DNA of 64,000 nucleotides from a virus (IMGVR_UViG_3300027759_000050:96680-160679), one strand, 5' to 3'; shown: positions 37,824 to 44,215, counted from the stretch's first letter. The notes: generated by a model not told the origin, from the letters alone. A program made the numbers and translations.

Positions 37824-37888
37824 TGGAGCAGACACTACGATTTCCGCGTAGATAAAAGGTGGACCCTTATATTGTTAAAAACGTCTGC
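37824..37888 (-). ncRNA. D-armless tRNA-like RNA with Gly identity elements (65 nt)
   Basis: Acceptor GCAGACG/TGTCTGC plus T-CCA; T-arm CTACG-CGGAAAT-CGTAG; hairpin with TCC in loop; no D-arm. Confidence 0.65.
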
Positions 37889-37896
37889 ATAAAACT

Positions 37897-37970
37897 TGGT
37901 GCCCCACGACAGAATCGAACTGCCATCACAGGATTACAAAACCAGTGTACTACCATTGTACTAGTAGGGC
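37897..37970 (-). tRNA. tRNA-Thr(TGT)
   Basis: Loop TTTGTAA; anticodon stem has two T-T mismatches. Confidence 0.88.
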
Positions 37971-37976
37971 TAAAAT

Positions 37977-38050
37977 TGGTGGAGGATAAGAGAATCGAAC
38001 TCTTGTAAACAGCTTGCAAAGCTGCCGTAATACCATTATACTAATCCCCC
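37977..38050 (-). tRNA. tRNA-Ala(TGC)
   Basis: Loop TTTGCAA; G3:U70. Confidence 0.94.
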
Positions 38051-38054
38051 GAAT

Positions 38055-38240
38055 TAAGACAAGCTACTGGGTTCCACGCCAGCCCTTGATTGAGCAGTTA
38101 CTCTGTCCATTCCTTTTATTCTAACGTCTGTGTGCAGAGGAATACTGCCTATCAGATTCAGAGGGTTCTCCTCACTAACGGTCTTCTGCCACCGGATCTC
38201 TATCGCTAATCAAACGCTACTTTAACGAAAGTAGTAACGA
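38055..38240 (-). ncRNA. unassigned structured ncRNA (about 185 nt) inside the tRNA array
   Basis: GC-richer non-coding stretch with several helices and a possible ATTCCT/AGGAAT pseudoknot. Confidence 0.6.
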
Positions 38241-38243
38241 GAT

Positions 38244-38329
38244 TGGTGGAAGCGGTTGGATTTGAACCAACGTGCTTTTTAGGGAACAGATTTACAGTCT
38301 GTCGGTTTCAGCCACTCACCCACACTTCC
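38244..38329 (-). tRNA. tRNA-Tyr(GTA)
   Basis: ACAGA-CTGTAAA-TCTGT, long V-arm. Confidence 0.93.
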
Positions 38330-38335
38330 ATATCT

Positions 38336-38409
38336 TGGTTCTTTCGAAAAGAATTGAACTTTTGTCTATCGGTTATCAGCCGATTGCTCTACCATTGAGC
38401 TACGAAAGA
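38336..38409 (-). tRNA. tRNA-Ile(GAT)
   Basis: ATCGG-CTGATAA-CCGAT. Confidence 0.92.
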
Positions 38410-38415
38410 ATATAT

Positions 38416-38490
38416 TGGCGGTCTAGAGGGGTAACGATCCCCTTCTACATCAGTGACAGTGATGTGTGCGTCCATGAACACTTCTAAACC
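38416..38490 (-). tRNA. tRNA-Asp(GTC)
   Basis: CATCA-CTGTCAC-TGATG, G73; T-loop ATCGTTA. Confidence 0.9.
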
Positions 38491-38579
38491 ATTTAGAAAC
38501 ACATTTTTAAACCTCACTTCAGTGTTTGGACACTATCTCCCACTCCAAAGGGGCGTTTGGTAAATGTGTTTTTAAATGG
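38489..38579 (-). repeat. CCA-anchored long-stem spacer element C
   Basis: CCATTTAAAAACACATTT...AAATGTGTTTCTAAATGG. Confidence 0.7.
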
Positions 38580-38653
38580 TGCCCTCTCTCAGATTCGAAC
38601 TGAGACTTTACGGCTTCTAAGACCGCTCTCTCTACCAATTGGAGTAAGGGGGC
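38577..38653 (-). tRNA. tRNA-Leu(TAG), short variable region
   Basis: GCGGT-CTTAGAA-GCCGT. Confidence 0.9.
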
Positions 38654-38655
38654 AA

Positions 38656-39105
38656 TTATCTTCTTCTATGTTTATTATTTTTACCAGAATTGGTGTCCGT
38701 TTGTGCATGACAATTTGGACAAACAATCCTCAAATTAGACAATTCATTATTATAGTGATTACCGTCAACGTGGTCAAGTTCTATGGGAACTTCTTTACCC
38801 ATCCATTGTTCAGTTTTGCAAATTTCACACTTGTGTGTTTTCAAACCATCTTCTATTAATTTGAGTTTTAAAAGATGGCTTCTACAATAATGAGTTTTTG
38901 CATAATCTATAGCATTCAATCTTTTACTGTCAGTTTTTTTACCTTTTAAACCCATATTACCTTTATATGTAACACCAAACCTTTTCAGGTAACTTTCTAA
39001 AGTTTCTGGCTTACATTTTAACTCTTTACAAATAAAAGATTTAGACTGATTCTCATCAATCCAATTTAAAATTTCTTGTTTTCTATCTATAATATCTTGT
39101 CTCAT
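38656..39105 (-). CDS. HNH endonuclease (putative homing endonuclease) in the tRNA array
   Basis: CEIC...IELDHVDGNHYNNELSNLRIVCPNCH; N-terminal HTH-like segment; start probably MRQD after AAGGA. Confidence 0.9.
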   Translation of the reverse strand: MRQDIIDRKQEILNWIDENQSKSFICKELKCKPETLESYLKRFGVTYKGNMGLKGKKTDSKRLNAIDYAKTHYCRSHLLKLKLIEDGLKTHKCEICKTEQWMGKEVPIELDHVDGNHYNNELSNLRIVCPNCHAQTDTNSGKNNKHRRR

Positions 39106-39134
39106 ATTCATCCTTAGAATTGGTACACCTGATA

Positions 39135-39142
39135 TATTTATA
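39135..39142 (-). promoter_or_regulatory. T4-type late promoter TATAAATA for the HNH gene
   Basis: Exact consensus 30 nt upstream of the start. Confidence 0.75.
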
Positions 39143-39163
39143 GAAAACACGCATTACACTTTT

Positions 39164-39238
39164 TGGTAGGGGCACAGAGAATCGAACTCTGATTAATAGG
39201 TTAAAAGCCTACTACTTTCGCCGTTAAGTTATACCCCC
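39164..39238 (-). tRNA. tRNA-Lys(TTT)
   Basis: GTAGG-CTTTTAA-CCTAT. Confidence 0.92.
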
Positions 39239-39244
39239 ATATTA

Positions 39245-39323
39245 CCATAGAAAAACACACTCAACATTACACCCTTGATTCGCTACTGCTACTAGGGGCG
39301 TGTTCTAATGCGTTTATCTATGG
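39245..39323 (-). repeat. CCA-anchored long-stem spacer element B
   Basis: CCATAGATAAACGCATT...AGTGTGTTTTTCTATGG. Confidence 0.7.
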
Positions 39324-39395
39324 TACTCCCGAACGGTTTCGATCCGTCTTTTCCGCCTTGAAAGGGCAGCGTCCTAGCCAGTAGACGACGGGAGC
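39321..39395 (-). tRNA. tRNA-Glu(TTC)
   Basis: CTGCC-CTTTCAA-GGCGG; T-loop ATCGAAA. Confidence 0.92.
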
Positions 39396-39452
39396 ACAAA
39401 TTACACTTACTTTTTAATGAACCTTGTTGAGAAGTTCGATGACTTTCTCAAC
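39396..39452 (-). promoter_or_regulatory. tRNA-operon leader: hairpin plus boxA-like sequence
   Basis: GTTGAGAA...TTCTCAAC hairpin, then GGTTCATTAAAAAGTAAGTGTAATTTGT. Confidence 0.55.
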
Positions 39453-39462
39453 TCATGCATGG

Positions 39463-39490
39463 AGTATAACACAACCACACACTTTGTCAA
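39463..39490 (-). promoter_or_regulatory. sigma70-type promoter for the tRNA array
   Basis: TTGACA-16 nt-TATACT. Confidence 0.85.
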
Positions 39491-39528
39491 CCTCTATCAG
39501 TACATTGTTGTAAAAATACAACATCAAC

Positions 39529-39606
39529 TGGAGTACAGAGTGGGATTTGAACCCACGGTTTTACAGTTTTGCAGACTGTTGCCTTGGACCGCTCGGCCAT
39601 CTGTAC
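39529..39606 (-). tRNA. tRNA-Cys(GCA)
   Basis: ACAGT-CTGCAAA-ACTGT, U73. Confidence 0.93.
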
Positions 39607-39619
39607 AAATTCTTTTATA

Positions 39620-39711
39620 TGGCAGTGAGTGTGGGATTTGAACCCACGGCCCGTATTACTACGAACAACACCTTAGCAGGGTGCCGATTTAAACCACTCA
39701 TCCAACTCACT
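39620..39711 (-). tRNA. tRNA-Ser(GCT)
   Basis: GCACC-CTGCTAA-GGTGT, long V-arm, G73. Confidence 0.93.
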
Positions 39712-39713
39712 AT

Positions 39714-39801
39714 TGGCGGAAGCGGTGAGATTCGAACTCACGGACCCTTGCGAATCGCTAGTTTTCAAGACTAGAGCCATAGACCACTCGACCACACTTC
39801 C
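39714..39801 (-). tRNA. tRNA-Ser(TGA)
   Basis: CTAGT-CTTGAAA-ACTAG, long V-arm, G73. Confidence 0.93.
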
Positions 39802-39809
39802 AAAAAATA

Positions 39810-39906
39810 CCATATAAAAACATTCTTATTCTCCATACCTTCTTGGGGATCAATCCAAGGTCTTACTTCACAGAACCTGCGTCCAGTTTAGAATGTTTTT
39901 ATATGG
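39810..39906 (-). repeat. CCA-anchored long-stem spacer element A
   Basis: Perfect 17-bp inverted repeat CCATATAAAAACATTCT/AGAATGTTTTTATATGG. Confidence 0.75.
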
Positions 39907-39977
39907 CAGGGGCACTAGGAATCAAACCTAGACTAAGAGATTCAAAGTCTCCTGTGCTATCACTACACAATGCCCCA
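39904..39977 (-). tRNA. tRNA-Gln(TTG)
   Basis: GGAGA-CTTTGAA-TCTCT, G73. Confidence 0.9.
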
Positions 39978-40022
39978 ACAAATTACACTTACTTTTTAAA
40001 GAACATGATTGATTTCTCAACC
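39978..40022 (-). promoter_or_regulatory. tRNA-operon leader: hairpin plus boxA-like sequence
   Basis: GGTTGAGAAATCAATC hairpin, then TGTTCTTTAAAAAGTAAGTGTAATTTGT. Confidence 0.6.
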
Positions 40023-40031
40023 GAATAACCT

Positions 40032-40060
40032 AGTGTAACAGAAGTCGATGCATCTGTCAA
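40032..40060 (-). promoter_or_regulatory. sigma70-type promoter at the head of the tRNA array
   Basis: TTGACA-17 nt-TACACT. Confidence 0.8.
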
Positions 40061-40083
40061 CACGTTTGTTGTATTGGAACAAC

Positions 40084-40113
40084 AAAAAACCCCACTTTTT
40101 TAGGGTGGGGTTT
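40084..40113 (-). terminator. intrinsic terminator (attenuator candidate)
   Basis: AAACCCCAC-loop-GTGGGGTTT followed by a T run. Confidence 0.85.
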
Positions 40114-40142
40114 GTGAATTCTGATTTAGTTTTCTTACTCTA

Positions 40143-40250
40143 TTATCGTCCTCCACAACCCCCAACATGCGCCCATGGTTGATTATCGCTACCAATAAAC
40201 GGTGTGCGATACTCACAGGCTGACAATAAGGACTTGAGGAACTGAGACAC
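40143..40250 (-). CDS. 35-aa leader peptide containing all 20 amino acids (not in ORF track)
   Basis: GGAG-5 nt-GTG; MSQFLKSLLSACEYRTPFIGSDNQPWAHVGGCGGR; tandem TAA TAG stops. Confidence 0.75.
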   Translation of the reverse strand: MSQFLKSLLSACEYRTPFIGSDNQPWAHVGGCGGR

Positions 40251-40293
40251 TATAACTCCGAAAAAAATTTAACTATAACTCTATATATACAAC

Positions 40294-40818
40294 TTATTTA
40301 GTGGTTTCTAAAGTTTTCCACTTTATTTCTTCATATTTTGCAGGATCTTCTGGATTCCTAAATTCTTCAAAGACTTCCCACAACTTTTCTTCAACTGAAA
40401 ATTTTGTAACGAGACTGGTCTCCAGTCCGTATGCTTCTATTTCCCATGGATGAAACCAGTAATCTAAATTATCTGAATCAATTTCTTTCTTATGCCAAAC
40501 ACTCAAAGAAGCATTCGTATGTTGATATGCAAATTGTTTCACATGGACCATTTCATGAGCCATTGTTCTAAACAAAGCTGGCGCGCCGATTCCTGGTTTT
40601 ATGTTGATTAGAAATTCTCTAGGTTTCCTACTTGTTTCATAATCAGCAACTTCACAACTTCCATGACTATCTAATGTTTTATCAAACTTAACCAGAACAT
40701 AAATGTGTGGAGATAATTGAGGTGAGAACAAATTTTTAGCGAAGAAGTGGGCGGCCTTTTTTAGATAAGGTTTGAATTTTTCATCAGGACAACCAACAAT
40801 CTTCAAATACATAGGCAC
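40294..40818 (-). CDS. zinc metallopeptidase-like protein (HExxH)
   Basis: TMAHEMVHVKQ...YWFHPWEIEAY. Confidence 0.8.
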   Translation of the reverse strand: MPMYLKIVGCPDEKFKPYLKKAAHFFAKNLFSPQLSPHIYVLVKFDKTLDSHGSCEVADYETSRKPREFLINIKPGIGAPALFRTMAHEMVHVKQFAYQHTNASLSVWHKKEIDSDNLDYWFHPWEIEAYGLETSLVTKFSVEEKLWEVFEEFRNPEDPAKYEEIKWKTLETTK

Positions 40819-40833
40819 CCCATTTTTTCATAA

Positions 40834-41271
40834 TTATTTATTATTATCAGACCAAACACTAACTCCACATTTCATCAAAAAGGCAACACCAGATTCATCA
40901 CGGTAAGGTTCTCCAAAGTAAACTTTCTTGATACCTGCTGTGTATATCTGTTTAGCACAATGAATGCAAGGAGCGTGCGTTAGGAACATTGTGGCACCAT
41001 CTCCAGATTCTGAAGACTTAGCCAATTTGGCAATCGCATTCGCTTCCGCATGGATAACTTCATCTTTGGTTTTTAATCTTTCATCACCATTTTCATCATA
41101 GAATATGGTTTCACATTCATTTGTCCAACCTGCTGGCATTCCATTATATCCAATAGAAATGATCCGGTCATCTTTCACAACAATGGCACCTACTTGTAGG
41201 CGTTTTGCGGACGATAGTTGTGCAAACCTTCTTGCTACATCCATGTACGCATCAATAAATTTCTGTCTCAT
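40834..41271 (-). CDS. cd: dCMP deaminase
   Basis: ISIGYNG, HAEANAI, PCIHC; start MRQKFID. Confidence 0.93.
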   Translation of the reverse strand: MRQKFIDAYMDVARRFAQLSSAKRLQVGAIVVKDDRIISIGYNGMPAGWTNECETIFYDENGDERLKTKDEVIHAEANAIAKLAKSSESGDGATMFLTHAPCIHCAKQIYTAGIKKVYFGEPYRDESGVAFLMKCGVSVWSDNNK

Positions 41272-41273
41272 AA

Positions 41274-41594
41274 TTAATATACTTCCGGGTATTCTCCTGA
41301 ACCTAAAACACAAGCAAACTTTGCATCATATTCTATTACTGTCCATGATTTTGTTTTCACATTTTCTAGAAAAGCTATCTGTGTAGGTTTCCCATCTATT
41401 GCCAAATCGTTTGGTGCAACCCGAAGTATTTTCTCTCCGTATATTTTTTCTAGTCCCATTAAAAGTGCTTTTGTTTCTGCACACTTTATTGGTTTCTTTG
41501 CATCTATAAATTTGATATTATCCAAACCAGCATCTTGGCCATGACTAATGGCAACAGTCACACATAATAAAAGTCCCGTTACCATCTTCTTCAT
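41274..41594 (-). CDS. secreted hypothetical protein
   Basis: Signal peptide, Cys pair, WTVIEY...CVLGSG; SD AAGGAGA. Confidence 0.65.
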   Translation of the reverse strand: MKKMVTGLLLCVTVAISHGQDAGLDNIKFIDAKKPIKCAETKALLMGLEKIYGEKILRVAPNDLAIDGKPTQIAFLENVKTKSWTVIEYDAKFACVLGSGEYPEVY

Positions 41595-41612
41595 GTTATC
41601 TCCTTGAAAGGT

Positions 41613-41687
41613 TGGTGCGCCAAGTAGGAATTGAACCTACACTCAGTCGATTATGAGTCGAACGCTTTACCATTAAGCTATTGGCGC
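41613..41687 (-). tRNA. tRNA with CAT anticodon (Ile2/lysidine type likely)
   Basis: Loop CTCATAA; C4-G69 and C5-G68 pairs (TilS determinants). Confidence 0.85.
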
Positions 41688-41691
41688 GTAT

Positions 41692-41766
41692 TGGTCCGGC
41701 GTGAGGGAATCGAACCCCCATTGGAAGGGTAGAAGCCTACTGTATTATCCATTATACTAACGCCAG
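41692..41766 (-). tRNA. tRNA-Arg(TCT)
   Basis: Loop CTTCTAC, cloverleaf, CCA. Confidence 0.9.
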
Positions 41767-41778
41767 GAGATTTATTTA

Positions 41779-42084
41779 TTACACTTCGTTGCGGTCGTTT
41801 TTATCGTAATCAATTTTGTTTACAAAGTCAAGTTTTTGTACAACAGTCCATTCTTTCAAATAATCATTATCTATATCAAACAATTTCACATATTCTTCTT
41901 GCGAGATTTCACGGGTGCTTGTGATTACCTCATCCACATGGTGTTGTGAAAATTCTTTCAACTCGGTATTTCCAAGTCCAAACACAACTTCATCAGCTGC
42001 ATGTTCAGATTCATTAGCTTCCACAACATAACGCATACGAAACATAGAAATAGTTTCGACAATATAAAGTTTCTTATCAGCCAT
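41779..42084 (-). CDS. hypothetical protein
   Basis: 101-aa ORF overlapping the upstream stop. Confidence 0.65.
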   Translation of the reverse strand: MADKKLYIVETISMFRMRYVVEANESEHAADEVVFGLGNTELKEFSQHHVDEVITSTREISQEEYVKLFDIDNDYLKEWTVVQKLDFVNKIDYDKNDRNEV

Positions 42085-42280
42085 TTTTCACTTTCTCCAA
42101 GGAATCTTTACGAATCCGATATAATTGATGGTTTCTTTTATCCGAAGGTTCGAATTTGGTTACAGGTAAAAAATCAACACCGTCAATCTGTTCAACACCC
42201 CAGGTCGAGTATGTCCAATAGAACTCTGTCGGGTTCAATTTATTACGCAATTTGATTGGTTTTTGTTCAAGGTTTTTCAT
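42077..42280 (-). CDS. hypothetical early protein, probably leaderless
   Basis: ATG about 10 nt after the -10 box, no SD. Confidence 0.6.
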   Translation of the reverse strand: MKNLEQKPIKLRNKLNPTEFYWTYSTWGVEQIDGVDFLPVTKFEPSDKRNHQLYRIRKDSLEKVKNG

Positions 42281-42289
42281 AATGAACGC

Positions 42290-42318
42290 AGTATAACACA
42301 AAGAGGGGGCTTTGTCAA
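42290..42318 (-). promoter_or_regulatory. sigma70-type promoter overlapping a terminator
   Basis: TTGACA-17 nt-TATACT. Confidence 0.85.
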
Positions 42319-42325
42319 GCCCCCT
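42300..42325 (-). terminator. intrinsic terminator after the hsp20 operon
   Basis: AGGGGGCTT-GACA-AAGCCCCCT followed by CTTT. Confidence 0.7.
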
Positions 42326-42333
42326 GTCCTAGA

Positions 42334-42504
42334 TTACCAATTTTTTCTGGAATTTCTCTTGTCAAATTGTCTTTCCAACTTTTCCACATCGTGGATACTT
42401 GTTGGATTATTGGCAAGAATGTATTGCTCTAGAGCATTTCCATAATTTTGTAAGTGGTTTAATTCTTGGAGTTTTTCTTGGATAAATTTGAAAAGAGATT
42501 TCAC
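42334..42504 (-). CDS. small protein, DUF3563-like (56 aa, not in ORF track)
   Basis: GTG overlaps the hsp20 stop, SD AAGGAG; ...LEQYILANNPTSIHDVEKLERQFD. Confidence 0.6.
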   Translation of the reverse strand: MKSLFKFIQEKLQELNHLQNYGNALEQYILANNPTSIHDVEKLERQFDKRNSRKNW

Positions 42505-42950
42505 TCTGTTTTCTCCTTGATGCCAATTTTTTTAATGGCATCTTGAGCTTTGACAATGTTTTCCAACCAAATCTTAAGCATACCGTTTACCAGTTCTGCA
42601 TCTTTTATTTCAACTTTGTCATTCAAAGTAAAAGCACGTTCAAATCCACGGTTTGCAATACCTTTGTATAGGAATTGTTCACCTTCTTCATCTTTGGTTG
42701 AACCTTTGACTAGAAGCTTGTTTCCGTCCATAGTAATCTCAAGGTCAGTTTTAGCAAAACCAGCAACTGCCATTTCAATGACGTACTTGTTTTCTTTTAC
42801 TTGCTTGATGTTATATGGCGGATAACCAACAGCCTTCTGTGTTTGTTCGGCAGTTTTACGCAACATATCCATTGTTTCGTCAAAGCCGATTGTGAAAGGT
42901 TGAAGTTTACCAAAAAGGTCATTACCAAATACATCTTTAATATATGTCAT
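42501..42950 (-). CDS. hsp20: small heat shock protein (Hsp20/IbpA family)
   Basis: YPPYNI, EMAVAGF, KGIANRGFERAF, NGMLKI; true start MTYIKD after AAGGAG. Confidence 0.95.
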   Translation of the reverse strand: MTYIKDVFGNDLFGKLQPFTIGFDETMDMLRKTAEQTQKAVGYPPYNIKQVKENKYVIEMAVAGFAKTDLEITMDGNKLLVKGSTKDEEGEQFLYKGIANRGFERAFTLNDKVEIKDAELVNGMLKIWLENIVKAQDAIKKIGIKEKTE

Positions 42951-42960
42951 AATATTCTCC

Positions 42961-43164
42961 TTACTTCTTAGATTTAAAAACATTACCAGCAACTGCACCA
43001 GATACATCCCACAGAGTCTTACAGACTTGTTTGGTATACGCGGATTGTGCTGAAATGAATTCTTGCATAGGTTTGCTGACACTTTCGTTTTTAATGAATG
43101 TGTTGACCCAAGAAGATTTACCGGATTGAATGGCGTCAATAGCCATATTTGCATATGATAGCAT
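42961..43164 (-). CDS. small helical protein, phasin-like
   Basis: IDAIQSGK...FISAQSAYTKQ amphipathic pattern; SD AAAGGAG. Confidence 0.6.
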   Translation of the reverse strand: MLSYANMAIDAIQSGKSSWVNTFIKNESVSKPMQEFISAQSAYTKQVCKTLWDVSGAVAGNVFKSKK

Positions 43165-43169
43165 TTTTT

Positions 43170-43422
43170 GCTCCTTTAATAAGCGAGTTAATAATTTGTT
43201 ACCCCGAAGGCGTAACGATAATCCTGCTTACTTAATACAGGGCCAACTAACGGGTGACAGTGCAATTGCCCGGACGCCTTTTACCGTAGCATCAAACAGC
43301 CCTAAGGTGGGATCGTGAGAACCGAGTCGTACATGAATGCAGAGGACTTGGCCATGTTATTCGGCACCGTTGGATAATTTTACTAGCCTTCAACGGTATG
43401 CTAGTTCCCATCCCTGAGATTC
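43170..43422 (-). ncRNA. long structured leader or ncRNA upstream of the hsp20 operon
   Basis: About 250 nt GC-richer intergenic region with multiple helices and an H-type pseudoknot. Confidence 0.65.
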
Positions 43423-43425
43423 CTA

Positions 43426-43433
43426 TATTTATA
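43426..43433 (-). promoter_or_regulatory. T4-type late promoter TATAAATA overlapping the regA stop
   Basis: Exact consensus immediately before the structured RNA. Confidence 0.75.
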
Positions 43434-43833
43434 TCTTTTTCTTTGTTCCAATGTTATATTTTGGCGTTAATTGCCACTCATTCTTCTCTTTGTGTGACAG
43501 TATCTTAATCTGTGAAATGAAAATTGGTTCAGGTTGTTGTACTTGCGCTTCATTAACAACTTTGACTAAACCCCAATCTTCTAATAGGATTGCAATAGCG
43601 TTTCTACGGGACAAGTCATTTTCAGATAAATCTGTCGGTTTCCCGTCAAGTGCAAACAACTCTTTAAAATGTACAATGTAGTATTTGCCTTGTTTATGTA
43701 AGATATGGCAAGATTGGAATAAAGTTTTGTCCTTCTTTGAAGCAACACCAATTCTGGTCAATGTCTCTCTTACTTTTAAGAAATCGTCTGGTTGTGTTAA
43801 AATTACTTCAACTAAGTCCTGTATTCCTATCAT
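43429..43833 (-). CDS. regA: translational repressor RegA
   Basis: DDFLKVRETLTRIGVAS...QSCHILHKQGKYYIVHFKELF. Confidence 0.97.
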   Translation of the reverse strand: MIGIQDLVEVILTQPDDFLKVRETLTRIGVASKKDKTLFQSCHILHKQGKYYIVHFKELFALDGKPTDLSENDLSRRNAIAILLEDWGLVKVVNEAQVQQPEPIFISQIKILSHKEKNEWQLTPKYNIGTKKKI

Positions 43834-44215
43834 TATTAATTCCGCCTTTATTTGTTTTTGCTCTTATTTCAGCGATTTGGTCTTCATTAAGAATGCGGAG
43901 AGCTTCTTTGGCCTTTTCATTTGAATAACCAAAATGTATCTTCACGCATTCCAAATCTTTCAAAACCTCTGTTTTTTGCCACGGTTGAAATTTCCGTTTC
44001 ATGGATCTAATAGTATTTAGAAGATAATGATATTGGAGGTCTTTATCAATTCCCGGATTGATGTTCATTTCATTGACATACAGTACACAGTCCATGTGAT
44101 AGGACAGAGAGCGGTTAATAAGGAAAGGTTTGTAATCATCATACCCTTCAGTTCCAAAAACATCTTTCTTGGTTTGAAGGATAGAAGGAATAATCTCTTT
44201 AAATAAGTCAGGCAT
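43808..44215 (-). CDS. gp62: clamp loader small subunit
   Basis: YKPFLINRSLS...GYSNEKAKEAL; synteny. Confidence 0.92.
   Translation of the reverse strand: MPDLFKEIIPSILQTKKDVFGTEGYDDYKPFLINRSLSYHMDCVLYVNEMNINPGIDKDLQYHYLLNTIRSMKRKFQPWQKTEVLKDLECVKIHFGYSNEKAKEALRILNEDQIAEIRAKTNKGGINNDRNTGLS

Noticed and set aside
42951-43154. N-terminal 68-aa extension of hsp20 in the ORF track
   Set aside because: It overlaps the 67-aa gene in another frame; the SD-supported start is at 42950.
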